A DNA stretch of 64,000 nucleotides from Candidatus Omnitrophota bacterium (GCA_043803685.1 JAZDJU010000037.1:32001-96000), one strand, 5' to 3'. Positions 8,767-19,107 are shown, counted from the stretch's first letter. Notes: generated by a model from the sequence alone, not told the origin. Numbers and translations: made by a program.

Positions 8767-11700
8767 TTAGAATTTCCCGGTCATGCGCACGAACGGCCCG
8801 TGACTCTTGAAGCTGTTGGTGTCGCGAAGATCATCGCTGAAATCGGTGAAATTATATCCCACCCCGAGGCGAACGTATTCATAAAATTCACGGTCGATCT
8901 CGACCAGAGCGCCCTGCTTCAAGGTATCAAGGGCGTAGGTCTGCGCCAGAATCCGGTATTCGAGAGCCAGGTCCCATTTACGCGTCACGTGGAAGTTGAT
9001 CCTGTTCGCGGAAAGGAACGCATTCACATTGACCGTGTCACCCGTAGAACTGTGTGTCCACGAGTGCTTAAAGGCCAGTTTCTCCACAAGGCTAAAATAG
9101 CGGTTCACGTCATAAGCCACGTCCGTCGCGAGGATATGGGCCGACTGGTCGAATTGATACCCGCCGTACTGGTTGTCATTGTACTGCGCATCAGAACCAA
9201 GGTCGCGAAGATAAGTGTAACGCGCGAGAAGGTTCAACTTGTCCAGTTTGATGGGACGGTAGGCAAACCCCGTGCTGCATTCCATGAAATTCGCCGGAGT
9301 GTTATTGGGATCCGTCTGACGGGTATCCCCGTAATTCATGTAGGAAAGGAAGCCCAGGTCTTCGTTGATCTGATAGCTGAAGGAATTACGCGTGACGATC
9401 TGTCCGATGTTGGGAGAATCCTGATCGTGACGCAATTCCCAGTAGGTCCGCGCCCGAAGCTTCTTGCCGTTCGCGTAGGCCAAGTTGGCGCCCGCGGTGT
9501 TATAATCGTTGGCGCGAATAAGCGAATTCTGCGCCGACTGATCGAGCAACCGGGTGCTGGAACCCTGCAGGTGGCGACGTTCATACTTCGCGCCGTAATC
9601 CCAATGGTCCCCCGCCTTTCCTTCGTAACCCAGAATGTCCGCGGCGCTGTCACTTCCATGATAGGAAGAATATTCGCGCTCCGAATAGACGCGCGACTTT
9701 TCCGTGAGCGCGAACGAATTCCCGATCGCGGTCGCGAGCGTCTTATCTCCGATCCCGCGATCCATGGAACGGATATTCGCGTAGCTGCGCGCGCCGTTGG
9801 GGTGCTGGCGCTCGAACCCGAAATAGGTCGAATCTCCGAGAGGCCCGATCATTTCTTCCAGGTAGGCAAAGAGATTGTTCACGATCTGATAACGCACACC
9901 ACCGCCGAACTGATTGTCATGCCATCCCCCGATCGCGGTCTGGACCTTTACGTAAGGCAGGAGCCGGTCATTAACGTGATAGCCCAATTTTCCCGTAACC
10001 CCGTTCCTAAAAGGGATCTGGTTCGTGAGATCCGGCAACAGATTGCCGACATCCTGAACCTGATCCAGATTGCGCCGCTGATATTCCAGTTCCGCGAGAT
10101 ATTTGCCGTCGTCATATGCAAGCTGGGCGGTCTGAACCTCAAGGGTCTGGTAAGGCGCGAGGGTATTCGTAACATTCAGAGGCATCAGTTCACTCAGAAC
10201 AGAGGAACGGTCATAACGATACCGGGCAGACAAACTATCCGTGAACTTGTACCGCGTGGATAGTCCGTACTTTTGTAAGCCTTCCTGGTCGCGCATATAA
10301 CCGTTCGAAAAACCCGGATCCACGCCCTGAACATAACCGCTTGTCTCAAGACGCTTGACGGGTTCGGAAGAAGCGCGGATCAGGTACGCGCCCTCCTGCT
10401 CCTTTTGATGCCTCCCACTCAGGGAACTCAGATCCGCGTAGCTAATACCGCCATCATAGGAAACCGAGGTCCCCGTTTGAGGGTTGATCGTCCGCGCGTA
10501 TTCCGCCGTCAACTTCGTATTGCGCCCAAACTTCATCATGGCGTCCACGCCGACCATGTCATAATCCTTGCCGGGCCGGTGTTCCGTAACCCCGGTCGCG
10601 CCGAGCCTCACGTGATCGCCCATCCAGGTGTATCCTCGAATACCTTGGTTCGTGACCGAAGGATTGACCGAGGTGGGATCGTATTCATAATCCACGATCA
10701 GGTAGACCGGACTTCCGTCCAGAATATCGACGGACGTCATGGTATCGGCCGCGGCCATAGAAGAAAGAGGCCGGGAAAGAAGGATGCGGCCTTCTCCATA
10801 AATGATCTCGTAATCGACGCCTTCCTGAAGATCGTAGCTTGCGACCGTCATGTTCTGGATCTTGTCACGGATCTCGACGCGGATCTTCTCGCTGCCCTCC
10901 ACGATATTCCGGTTACGCGTGTAGAAGAGAGAACCCCCGGTGGCGTAAAGTTCGTTATGGTCCGCCTGGTGTTTAGAATCCGCGCTAAAAACTTTGAATC
11001 CCCGCTTCGGATCGCCGTAGGCCGTACTCGAGACCGTGTCGAAGTTGACCTTCAACCCGGAAAGCGTGCGATTATAGGTAGCAAGCTCGGTGTCCGTGAA
11101 CGCGGTCTTGAAGCTCCCCCACTGCGCGTAAGAGCGGTCCATTTCAACCAACACGAAAAGTTTCTGGGCCGTGTCCTTCGCCTGGTAATCGCGCGTCGAA
11201 TTGTCCCCGTAGATCGGATAGTAGTCGTTCGGATTGAGGTTCGTGAAAAGCGCGGTCCCTTCGGCCGCGGTGTCGTACTTCGCCTTCACAAGGAACTTGC
11301 CCTTGAGCTTCCCCTTCAAAAAGAGAGACATGCGGCCCTGCTCGCGGAACCCGTCGCGATAGACGTCGGACTCCGCGGCCTCCATCGCGCCCGTCGCTTC
11401 GTTCAAACCGAGCTGTTCTTCACCCAAAGCCACCATGAAGAACATGCTGTCCTTCACCTTAACCTTCTTATGGAAGCTCGTGATCTCTCCCTCCGGCGTC
11501 GTGGCCGACACGGTCATGTCATATTCGCCAGGCTCCACGATGAATTCCTTGTGGAACATACCGCTCTCCGAATCGACCGTCACGGGAGTCTCGTTGATCA
11601 TGATCTTGTTCTTGGGCAAAGTCTTTCCCTGCACGCGAACGACCGGTTTCGCCACAAGAGGAATGCTTCGTTTGCCGTCCTTAAAGAGATTGAAATCACC

Positions 11701-13431
11701 CACGGGAGGGATCTCGGGATGATAGTTCGCCTTACCCTTAGGATCCATCTTGGTCATGACTTCGAAAAATTTCAGCGGGGTCCAGTCCTCGCGGTTCTTG
11801 GCATCACGAACCTTGAATTGATAGGAGTAGATCCCGGGCTTGACCAAAAGCCCTTGATTGGTGATCCCGGACCATGTCACTTCCGGCGGCGGCTGCCCGA
11901 CCCCGTAACCGGTCCAAACAGGCTGTCCCATTTCGTCACGAACCTCAACCGTCCACTTCCTGATGAATTTCCCGTAATTGTTGTCGAACGTGAAGCTGGG
12001 TTCTTTCTCAAGAACGCCCACTCCAAGTTTCAGGACGTCAGGAGACACCTGCACGTCCAGGGTCGATTCCGCTACATCCACGCCCTGCGTGACCATCACG
12101 CTCAGATCTTTCTGAAAAGCCTCGGGGATCTCTGAGGGCGGCAACAGCACCGCAAAGTTCGCCTTGTTCATGATGCCCGGCGTGGTCTTCACAAGATACG
12201 CTTCTTCCGTAATGAACTTCGTCCCTTCGGGCAGGCTATGACCGTCGATCTTCACCACGTGCCGGCCGGGGCTCACTCCAGGAATATGATAGAGACCATT
12301 CTCATCGGTGACGATCGCGATTCCTTCCTCCGTATAAAGATGGGCCCAAGGAACTCCGACCTCACCACAATCCTGGACGCCGTTCTGGTTAAGGTCGTTA
12401 AAAACCTTTCCGATGATCGTTCCCTGTTCAAAGACCGGATCGCCCTGGACCATGAACTTCAAGGTCGCTGTTTCCGAAAGCGTGCCAGCCCCCACCAAGG
12501 TAAACTCCATCGAATACTCTTTCCCGATCTGGACACCGCTTGTCACGAGCAATGAAAAGCTCGTGGTATACACCTCGCCGGCTCCGATCGCCCCCACAGG
12601 GATGATCAAAGATCCTTCCCGGTAGCTGGCCTGCTGACCGTTCACGCGGATCGATTTCGCGGCGTAGTCGAAACCGTGAGGCAGGGTCGCCCTGAGCTCC
12701 ACGCCGGTTAACGTATTTCCGGAAGCGTTGTTATAGCGGGCATTGATCCCTACGGCATCCCCCGGCGCGACATTCCGTTTCGAAGCGGACACGCTCAATT
12801 TTTCGGGATTCACTTCGCCGTTGGCTTTATCAAAACAGACGATCCCCGCAGCGCCCCCGAAAGTCCTGAGAGTGAAAACAACGCGCTGGGTTCCCGCAGG
12901 AGCAGTCCCTGCCGCCGTGAATGTTTGAAATCCTGCGCCGGCGTTGGCGTTGGCGGTCGTGATATAGACGGAAGGTGCGGTTGAAATAAGCGTGTCCGAA
13001 CCGTCGGGATTGATCTTCTTGAACTCAATGACAAGCTGACCGCCCTGGTTCCCGGCGCCTATCAAGATGGTGGACTCTGCCAAAGCGCTGAACGTAACGT
13101 ATTGCCCGGGTTTTACATTGTTCGCGACCTGGAAAGTGAAGTTCCCCGCGAGGCTGTTCTGACTGATCGCAAAGAGTCCATCGGGAACATTGGAAAACCC
13201 TCCCACAGGCTTAGTCGTGTTGGTGAAACGGGTGGTGCCGTTCGTGCTGTCCCAGTTTCCGTTGGAACCGCTCCCGATATCACTCTCGAAACTATAGTTT
13301 CCGAGCAGGTTCGCAAAGGCGAGCGGCACGCCAAAGGCCACAAAGCAGACCAGAAAACAAGCGAGCGGGAAGAAGTTCTTCATCTTCTTTTTTCCATCGC
13401 TTTTCCGTTCTGTCGTGACTTGGAGGCTCAT
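8767..13431 (-). CDS. large probable outer-membrane protein (DUF11-like and SdrD-B-like Ig domains, C-terminal beta-strand-rich region)
   Basis: signal peptide near 13383 (MKNFFPLACF...AFA); GKVFNDLNQNGVQD..E.GV motif; alternating aromatic beta-strands; terminal Phe (RMTGKF); start 13431 or 13383. Confidence 0.8.
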   Translation of the reverse strand: MSLQVTTERKSDGKKKMKNFFPLACFLVCFVAFGVPLAFANLLGNYSFESDIGSGSNGNWDSTNGTTRFTNTTKPVGGFSNVPDGLFAISQNSLAGNFTFQVANNVKPGQYVTFSALAESTILIGAGNQGGQLVIEFKKINPDGSDTLISTAPSVYITTANANAGAGFQTFTAAGTAPAGTQRVVFTLRTFGGAAGIVCFDKANGEVNPEKLSVSASKRNVAPGDAVGINARYNNASGNTLTGVELRATLPHGFDYAAKSIRVNGQQASYREGSLIIPVGAIGAGEVYTTSFSLLVTSGVQIGKEYSMEFTLVGAGTLSETATLKFMVQGDPVFEQGTIIGKVFNDLNQNGVQDCGEVGVPWAHLYTEEGIAIVTDENGLYHIPGVSPGRHVVKIDGHSLPEGTKFITEEAYLVKTTPGIMNKANFAVLLPPSEIPEAFQKDLSVMVTQGVDVAESTLDVQVSPDVLKLGVGVLEKEPSFTFDNNYGKFIRKWTVEVRDEMGQPVWTGYGVGQPPPEVTWSGITNQGLLVKPGIYSYQFKVRDAKNREDWTPLKFFEVMTKMDPKGKANYHPEIPPVGDFNLFKDGKRSIPLVAKPVVRVQGKTLPKNKIMINETPVTVDSESGMFHKEFIVEPGEYDMTVSATTPEGEITSFHKKVKVKDSMFFMVALGEEQLGLNEATGAMEAAESDVYRDGFREQGRMSLFLKGKLKGKFLVKAKYDTAAEGTALFTNLNPNDYYPIYGDNSTRDYQAKDTAQKLFVLVEMDRSYAQWGSFKTAFTDTELATYNRTLSGLKVNFDTVSSTAYGDPKRGFKVFSADSKHQADHNELYATGGSLFYTRNRNIVEGSEKIRVEIRDKIQNMTVASYDLQEGVDYEIIYGEGRILLSRPLSSMAAADTMTSVDILDGSPVYLIVDYEYDPTSVNPSVTNQGIRGYTWMGDHVRLGATGVTEHRPGKDYDMVGVDAMMKFGRNTKLTAEYARTINPQTGTSVSYDGGISYADLSSLSGRHQKEQEGAYLIRASSEPVKRLETSGYVQGVDPGFSNGYMRDQEGLQKYGLSTRYKFTDSLSARYRYDRSSVLSELMPLNVTNTLAPYQTLEVQTAQLAYDDGKYLAELEYQRRNLDQVQDVGNLLPDLTNQIPFRNGVTGKLGYHVNDRLLPYVKVQTAIGGWHDNQFGGGVRYQIVNNLFAYLEEMIGPLGDSTYFGFERQHPNGARSYANIRSMDRGIGDKTLATAIGNSFALTEKSRVYSEREYSSYHGSDSAADILGYEGKAGDHWDYGAKYERRHLQGSSTRLLDQSAQNSLIRANDYNTAGANLAYANGKKLRARTYWELRHDQDSPNIGQIVTRNSFSYQINEDLGFLSYMNYGDTRQTDPNNTPANFMECSTGFAYRPIKLDKLNLLARYTYLRDLGSDAQYNDNQYGGYQFDQSAHILATDVAYDVNRYFSLVEKLAFKHSWTHSSTGDTVNVNAFLSANRINFHVTRKWDLALEYRILAQTYALDTLKQGALVEIDREFYEYVRLGVGYNFTDFSDDLRDTNSFKSHGPFVRMTGKF

Positions 13432-13450
13432 AAAGTTCTTATCGTCAGAG

Positions 13451-15094
13451 TTAGAAACGCCGGCTCGAAAACTTGAAACCGAAACGAAGATCGTAATTGG
13501 GGATGAGCGGCGCCTCCCCTTCCTGCTTGACGCGCTGGGCTCCGCCGATACCGCACCACTCGCCGAAGATCGCCATCTTGGAAAGCCACTCGTTCTCTTT
13601 CCACCGGTAATTCCTGAACGGCATGATCCGCATCCCCGCCGCCACAAAAAACTGGTTCTGATACCAGAATGAGAACTCCGCGTTGTTCACGTGCTCGAAG
13701 CGCATGTACGGCATCAACACCAGTTCGTCATTGATGTAATTGTGAGGGAGAGGGATCCCGGGAAGTTTGACGCCCAAAATGACCGAAGAGTTGGCGATAA
13801 GCGCGTTGAAACTTTTTTCGGAACTGAACCCCGTTTTGGAGACATAGTAATTTCCGAAATACTCGCCCCAAACATACTGGCGGATATAATCCGAAAAAAC
13901 TTCGGGCTTCGCCTCGTCGAGCGGCGGAAGTTCCGTGCCCCATTCGTAGTAGCACTGAACACCCCAGATAAGCTCATTGTCCCGGCTGCCCGTAATATCC
14001 CCTTTGAGATTGTAAAGATTGCCGTACTTGATATAGAAGCGGTAATTGCGCATCCATTCGAGGATCGGAATGCCGCCGAAGGGCTGGAAATTGAGAAGCC
14101 AGGGATTACGCGCGAGAGGTCGCCATTCCAACCCCGCGAACACCTGGAGATTGCTGGCATAATCCGCGGAATCGGACTGCAAGCTGACCGTCTCTTCGAT
14201 GAAAGGGTCGATATTGTGCAGGGGGAAACGGATCCCGCTAAAAACCAAACGATTGGTCCAGTAGCCGACCTGGGTGTCGAAATGATTGGAAGCGAGGTTT
14301 GTGAGACGCCAGCTACTCTCGCCGAAAGACTGCCAAGTGATCGACGTGCCGCACGGAGGTCCCTGAAGGACTCCGTACATCTTTTCCCCGATGCCCAGCT
14401 GGTCCGTGAACTTAAGAATGAGTTCTTCTTCCTTCTGGAATTGCGCGGGCGTCTTGATCTCGATCGGTTTCTCAACCTCGGGTACGTAGAACGGCGTGGA
14501 GCGCACGGCCTCTGAAAAATTCCCACCCTGGAGCTCAACGTTCGTCTTGCTCGCAATGATCGCCGTCATGGCTTCTTCCGATGACGCAAACGCCCGGTCC
14601 CCGACCCAGAAAAGGTTCGCGACGCCGCCCTTCGCATTGGGAATGGAAAGCTGACGTATCTCGACGCCCTGGAAATTGGCGGTCTTGACATTCTTCTTCA
14701 CATAATCATCGAAGGCCTTCATATCTTTAAAGCCGGAGAGAGGCCGGGACTTCACAGCGCCGCCGCCGAAATCTGTGATCACGGAGAATTCGGAATCATG
14801 CTCACGAGAGTGGCTCTTCAAGACCGGGAACCCACGGACCTGGGTCACCTTATGATCAAGCTTCTGTGAACCGGAGGCAAAAAAACGTTCTGCAAAAGGA
14901 TTGGAAGCGGGTTTGACCGGAACCGAAGACTTGGGGCTTTTCTTCGCCGCCTCCAAAACAGAAACAGCTTCTTTCTTTACGGGCGCAACGACAGGCTTGA
15001 TCTCAATGACGGGAGTTGTTTCTTGAGCGAAGGAGGAAAAGGCTGTAGACAGGAAAATAGCGATGAGGACTATTAAAAAGTTTTTAACTCTCAT
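13451..15094 (-). CDS. hypothetical exported protein, probable C-terminal beta-barrel
   Basis: signal peptide (SFA|Q), aromatic-rich amphipathic strands, C-terminus YDLRFGFKFSSRRF. Confidence 0.7.
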   Translation of the reverse strand: MRVKNFLIVLIAIFLSTAFSSFAQETTPVIEIKPVVAPVKKEAVSVLEAAKKSPKSSVPVKPASNPFAERFFASGSQKLDHKVTQVRGFPVLKSHSREHDSEFSVITDFGGGAVKSRPLSGFKDMKAFDDYVKKNVKTANFQGVEIRQLSIPNAKGGVANLFWVGDRAFASSEEAMTAIIASKTNVELQGGNFSEAVRSTPFYVPEVEKPIEIKTPAQFQKEEELILKFTDQLGIGEKMYGVLQGPPCGTSITWQSFGESSWRLTNLASNHFDTQVGYWTNRLVFSGIRFPLHNIDPFIEETVSLQSDSADYASNLQVFAGLEWRPLARNPWLLNFQPFGGIPILEWMRNYRFYIKYGNLYNLKGDITGSRDNELIWGVQCYYEWGTELPPLDEAKPEVFSDYIRQYVWGEYFGNYYVSKTGFSSEKSFNALIANSSVILGVKLPGIPLPHNYINDELVLMPYMRFEHVNNAEFSFWYQNQFFVAAGMRIMPFRNYRWKENEWLSKMAIFGEWCGIGGAQRVKQEGEAPLIPNYDLRFGFKFSSRRF

Positions 15095-15156
15095 CGCCGA
15101 TAAGTTTTTTCTTTTGTTGTAACGCTTTGAAAAACTTCGGGAAAGGATCCGCTGGG

Positions 15157-15957
15157 CTATATTCCCAACACTTGGTGCATATGATAAAGACCTTGCCGCT
15201 TTTTCGCAAGGAATTTTGCCGCTAAAATAGCCCCCCGGCCAAAGGCCTCTCGGGACGAGGCCTTGTGGACTAGTTCCACCCGCTCGCCGTCCCCGAAGAA
15301 AGACACCGTGTGGTCTCCGATAACGTCCCCGCCCCGGAGCGCAAAGACCCCGATCTTGCCCTTCTCCCGGGTGCCGGTCTCGCCTTCACGCCCGTAGATC
15401 ACGTCTTTTTTGAGGTTCCGTCCGCGCACCGCGAGCAGGATCTCCAGAAGCTTCATGGCCGTGCCGCTCGGCGCGTCCTTCTTCATCCGGTGATGGACTT
15501 CCGCGATCTCAAGATCATAGCTCTCATCCAGCACCTTGCCGGCAATGGCCGCCAGTTTGAAAAGCAGGTTCACGCCCACGCTCATATTGGGAGACTGAAT
15601 GACCGGGATCTTGCGAGAAGCCGCCTGGATCTGCCGGAGCGTCGCTTCCGGGATCCCCGTGGCCCCGAACACACAAGCCGTGCGCGTTTTGACGGCGGCC
15701 TTGAGGTTTTCCGGGAGCGCCGAGAAATGGCTGAAATCGATCAGAACGTCCGCCTGCTTCATCGCGGCCGTTGCGTCCTGCGTCACTTTCACCCCCATCA
15801 GGTCCCGGCCAAGGATCGGCCCGAGGTCCTGACCTAACGCGGCGTGTCCACGCTGTTCGAGCGCGCCCACGATCTTGAAAGCCTTGTCCTGCATCGCCAG
15901 TTGAAGAATGATCTTCCCCATCCGCCCCGCGGCGCCGGCCATCACGAGCTTGATCAT
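15157..15957 (-). CDS. dapB: 4-hydroxy-tetrahydrodipicolinate reductase
   Basis: GAAGRMG nucleotide-binding motif, EVHHRMKKDAPSGTA. Confidence 0.97.
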   Translation of the reverse strand: MIKLVMAGAAGRMGKIILQLAMQDKAFKIVGALEQRGHAALGQDLGPILGRDLMGVKVTQDATAAMKQADVLIDFSHFSALPENLKAAVKTRTACVFGATGIPEATLRQIQAASRKIPVIQSPNMSVGVNLLFKLAAIAGKVLDESYDLEIAEVHHRMKKDAPSGTAMKLLEILLAVRGRNLKKDVIYGREGETGTREKGKIGVFALRGGDVIGDHTVSFFGDGERVELVHKASSREAFGRGAILAAKFLAKKRQGLYHMHQVLGI

Positions 15958-16841
15958 TTCACGACCCCCAGTTTCTTGAGAACTTCCGCGAGTTTCTTTT
16001 CGTTCTCCGACCGCATTTCACAAAGCGGCATACGGAACTCCGGCTTGAGCTTCCCCATCATCCCGAGCGCGGTCTTCACCGGGATCGGGTTCGTTTCGAT
16101 AAAGAGGGCCTTCGAGATCGGATAAAGTGTCTTGTGGATCGAACGGGCCTCTTCCATATTTCCGTTCAGGGCCGCCGCCACCATGTTCTTCATAAGTCGC
16201 GGCACCACGTTCGCGACAACGGAGATAATGCCGCGCGCGCCGATCGAGATCAGCGGAAAATTCAGCGAGTCTTCGCCCGAAAGCACCGGAAGATCGCAAA
16301 GCTGCATGATCTGCTCAGCCTGGTCCATACTGCCGCTCGCTTCCTTGATGGCGACGATCGTATCGATCTTGGAAAGACGCGCAACGGTCTCCGGAGCCAT
16401 GGAGACCCCTGTGCGACCCGGCACGTTGTAAAGCACCACCGGAATGTCCACCCGGCTCGTCAGATACTGATAGTGGCGGAAAAGACCTTCCTGTGTCGGC
16501 TTATTATAGTAGGGCGTCACAACCAACACGCCGTCCGCCTTGATCTTCTTGGCATGCTGAACGAGGCCGAGAGCTTCGGTCGTGTTGTTCGACCCGCAAC
16601 CGCAAATCACCGGAATGCGGTGATGGACGTAATCCACCACAAAGGACATGGTGGCGCGGTGTTCATCATGCGACATCGTGGCGGATTCTCCGGTCGTGCC
16701 GCAAGGAACGATCACATCGGTCCCTTCCTTCAAATGAAAATCGATCAGTCCTTTGAGCGCCTTCTCGTCCACCTTCCCGTTACGGAACGGCGTGACCAGC
16801 GCGACCATCGAACCTTCAAAAATAGACTTTTTCTTTTTCAT
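15954..16841 (-). CDS. dapA: 4-hydroxy-tetrahydrodipicolinate synthase
   Basis: GTTGES, PYYNKP, YNVPGRTG, IKEASG, ETNPIPVK. Confidence 0.97.
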   Translation of the reverse strand: MKKKKSIFEGSMVALVTPFRNGKVDEKALKGLIDFHLKEGTDVIVPCGTTGESATMSHDEHRATMSFVVDYVHHRIPVICGCGSNNTTEALGLVQHAKKIKADGVLVVTPYYNKPTQEGLFRHYQYLTSRVDIPVVLYNVPGRTGVSMAPETVARLSKIDTIVAIKEASGSMDQAEQIMQLCDLPVLSGEDSLNFPLISIGARGIISVVANVVPRLMKNMVAAALNGNMEEARSIHKTLYPISKALFIETNPIPVKTALGMMGKLKPEFRMPLCEMRSENEKKLAEVLKKLGVVK

Positions 16842-17650
16842 AAAAAATATTCCCCTTTGTAAACGAATTGGACTTTGCCTTCCAAAAAGACCTTCGCAAC
16901 TTCATCCCCTTTTTTCTGGATATCGATCCGGAGCTTTTCACCGCCCCGCGTCAGAACGCTCACCGGGGAATGGACATGTCCCTTGAGAACGCTTATGACC
17001 GCCGACGCCGTGGACCCGGTTCCACACGCGAGCGTTTCATTCTCCACGCCGCGCTCGTAGGTCCGGACCGCGATCTCTTTCTTGCTCCTCACTTCCACAA
17101 AATTCACGTTCGTTCCGAACGGCTGAAAACGCGCATGGCCTCTGACAGCTTTGCCGATCTCGAACACATCGACCTTCTCCAGATCCTCCGAAAAGATCAC
17201 GACATGCGGAACGCCGGTATCGAGAAAAGCATAAGATAGACGACGCTTGTCCGCCTCCAGAATCCCTTCCATTTCAAAAATACGCGGCTGGACGAGCTGG
17301 ACCCTGACACTGTCCTTGGACCCCACCTCTGCCTCGATCGGCCCGGATCCAGACTCAAAATGCATGCGTGAAGAATATTTCAAAACATCGTGGGCGTAGC
17401 GCGCGATGCAACGGAACCCGTTCCCGCACGCCGAGGCCTCGGAACCGTCAGGATTCAGGATCCGCATCTTGAAATTCGTCTTCTTGGAATTCTCGAAAAG
17501 CAGGAGTCCGTCCGCGCCAACGCCCTGATGCAAGCGACAGATCCTCCTCGCGAACGCGACAGGGTCCTTTACTGCCTTGCGGCGGTTGTCCACCACCACA
17601 AAGTCGTTCCCTGAAGCAACCATCTTATAGAAAGGAATAGAGTTTCTCAT
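16838..17650 (-). CDS. dapF: diaminopimelate epimerase
   Basis: GNDF, NPDGSEASACGNG, ERGVENETLACGTG; start re-assigned to ATG 17650. Confidence 0.95.
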   Translation of the reverse strand: MRNSIPFYKMVASGNDFVVVDNRRKAVKDPVAFARRICRLHQGVGADGLLLFENSKKTNFKMRILNPDGSEASACGNGFRCIARYAHDVLKYSSRMHFESGSGPIEAEVGSKDSVRVQLVQPRIFEMEGILEADKRRLSYAFLDTGVPHVVIFSEDLEKVDVFEIGKAVRGHARFQPFGTNVNFVEVRSKKEIAVRTYERGVENETLACGTGSTASAVISVLKGHVHSPVSVLTRGGEKLRIDIQKKGDEVAKVFLEGKVQFVYKGEYFL

Positions 17651-17651
17651 A

Positions 17652-17818
17652 GTCCCAATACATTTCAATTTCCGCAAAGCGGTCCCAATACCTATCAATC
17701 ACAGCCAAGCTGTGATTGGGGCCGTCCTGACTACCCTATATCAAAAGAAAACAAAAGTCAGGACGGAAATTGGGGCAATCCCAACTACCCTTTATGAAAA
17801 AATAAAAAGTTGGGATGG
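17652..17818. repeat. structured repeat cluster upstream of dapF
   Basis: two GTCCCAATAC copies 30 nt apart, a short hairpin, then two ~51-nt direct-repeat units each forming an 11-bp stem. Confidence 0.7.
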
Positions 17819-17878
17819 GTAAATGCATACCAAGCTTTCAGTTGCAAGCGAATGCATTGTATCAAAAAATCACCCTAG

Positions 17879-17922
17879 GGGGAACGGGAAACGGGGCACG
17901 CCCAACGGATCGTTCTCCGTTA
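17879..17922. repeat. heptamer tandem-repeat array (GGGRAAC-type) with short inverted arm
   Basis: GGGGAAC GGGAAAC GGGGCAC GCCCAAC ... CGTTCTC CGTTA; abuts the decarboxylase stop codon. Confidence 0.6.
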
Positions 17923-19101
17923 TACGAGTATTATTTTAGCCGGTTCAAAGCCGTTGAAATTGGGGACGGCGCTGGCCGAGGAATAGGCTCCAATGCTCTT
18001 GGCGTACACCACGTCACCGGCGTAGAGCTCCGGAAGTTCTTCGTTATTGGAAAGAATATCAAAGGAATCGCAGGTCGGACCGGCAAGCGTACTCTTGTAC
18101 TTAGCTCCGCGACGCAGGGTCTTGAACTCGTACTTGCAGTGGTCAAAGACCATCCCCGAGAAATCCTGGTAGACGCCGTCGTTCAGATAATAAAAGTTCT
18201 GGTTGTCCCGGAACGCGCGACCGATCACCTGAGTCACAAGGATCCCCGCGGGTCCCGCGAAAAAGCGCCCCGGCTCGGCGATGAATTCTGTCTGCTTGGA
18301 AAAGAGTGCCTTCATTTGCTTCCGGATCTCAGCGGCCATACGCTCGAAGTTGATGCCGATCTCGTTCTCAAAATGCTGGATCGGGAATCCGCCACCGATA
18401 TCGACGGTCTTAAGCGGCATGTCGTTCTCTTTCGCTTCGCGGAAAATGTTCGCCGTAAGCTCGAGCGCCTGCAGATAATTCTCAACGTTCGTGGATTGCG
18501 ACCCAACATGGAAGCTCACGCCCCGAGGCACGAGTCCGAGGGTCTTGGCTTTCCGCAAAAGATAGAACGCCTGGTCCGGCTCCGCGCCGAATTTAAGCGA
18601 CAACTGCACCACGCTCCCCCGATTCGCGACCTTGATCCGGACGATCACGTGTGCCTTCGGGAAATTCTCCGCGATCTTGTAAAGCTCAGCCTCGTTGTCG
18701 AAGGTCATAAGCTTGACCCCGCGGCGACGGGCGGTGATGAGATCTTCCTTGGATTTGATGGTGTTTGCAAAAATAATGCGGCCCGGAGCAACGTCGTGCT
18801 TCAGGACGGATTTCATTTCCGCGGCGCTGGCCACGTCGAAATTCGCGCCAAGCTCCGCGAAGGTCTTCACGATCTTCGGGTGAGGGTTGGCCTTGATCGC
18901 GTAATAAGGCGTGACCTCGGGGAACGCTTTTGTGAAACGGGCAAATTGCTTTTCCAGCACGCTCTTGCGGATCAGCATAAAGGGTGTCTTATGCTTTTTG
19001 AGCATCGTGCGAATGAGATTCTCGACTCCCGAACCCTCGACGGGTTTTGCGGGCTTGAGAGTGACGGGCGAATTTCCGTTCAATAACGGAAGTTGTGTCA
19101 T
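17920..19101 (-). CDS. fold-type III PLP-dependent ornithine/lysine decarboxylase
   Basis: YAIKAN PLP lysine, HVGSQ, DIGGGF, EPGR, GPTCDS (CD as in ODC/LDC, not CE as in LysA). Confidence 0.88.
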   Translation of the reverse strand: MTQLPLLNGNSPVTLKPAKPVEGSGVENLIRTMLKKHKTPFMLIRKSVLEKQFARFTKAFPEVTPYYAIKANPHPKIVKTFAELGANFDVASAAEMKSVLKHDVAPGRIIFANTIKSKEDLITARRRGVKLMTFDNEAELYKIAENFPKAHVIVRIKVANRGSVVQLSLKFGAEPDQAFYLLRKAKTLGLVPRGVSFHVGSQSTNVENYLQALELTANIFREAKENDMPLKTVDIGGGFPIQHFENEIGINFERMAAEIRKQMKALFSKQTEFIAEPGRFFAGPAGILVTQVIGRAFRDNQNFYYLNDGVYQDFSGMVFDHCKYEFKTLRRGAKYKSTLAGPTCDSFDILSNNEELPELYAGDVVYAKSIGAYSSASAVPNFNGFEPAKIILV

Positions 19102-19107
19102 CAGGCG

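Noticed and set aside
13432..13647. N-terminal extensions in the ORF track (large OM protein, uvrA, dapF, carbonic anhydrase, rplP, rplN, 5377-5493)
   Set aside because: They overlap upstream genes or repeats and precede clear signal peptides or conserved N-termini; treated as over-extended starts.
17652..17818. Possible CRISPR array or lysine riboswitch
   Set aside because: Only two units per repeat type, no unique spacers and no cas genes; I could not recognise L-box consensus elements.
17920..19101. Decarboxylase as lysA completing the dap operon
   Set aside because: GPTCDS motif and pairing with hss fit ornithine/lysine decarboxylase; LysA typically has CES.D.
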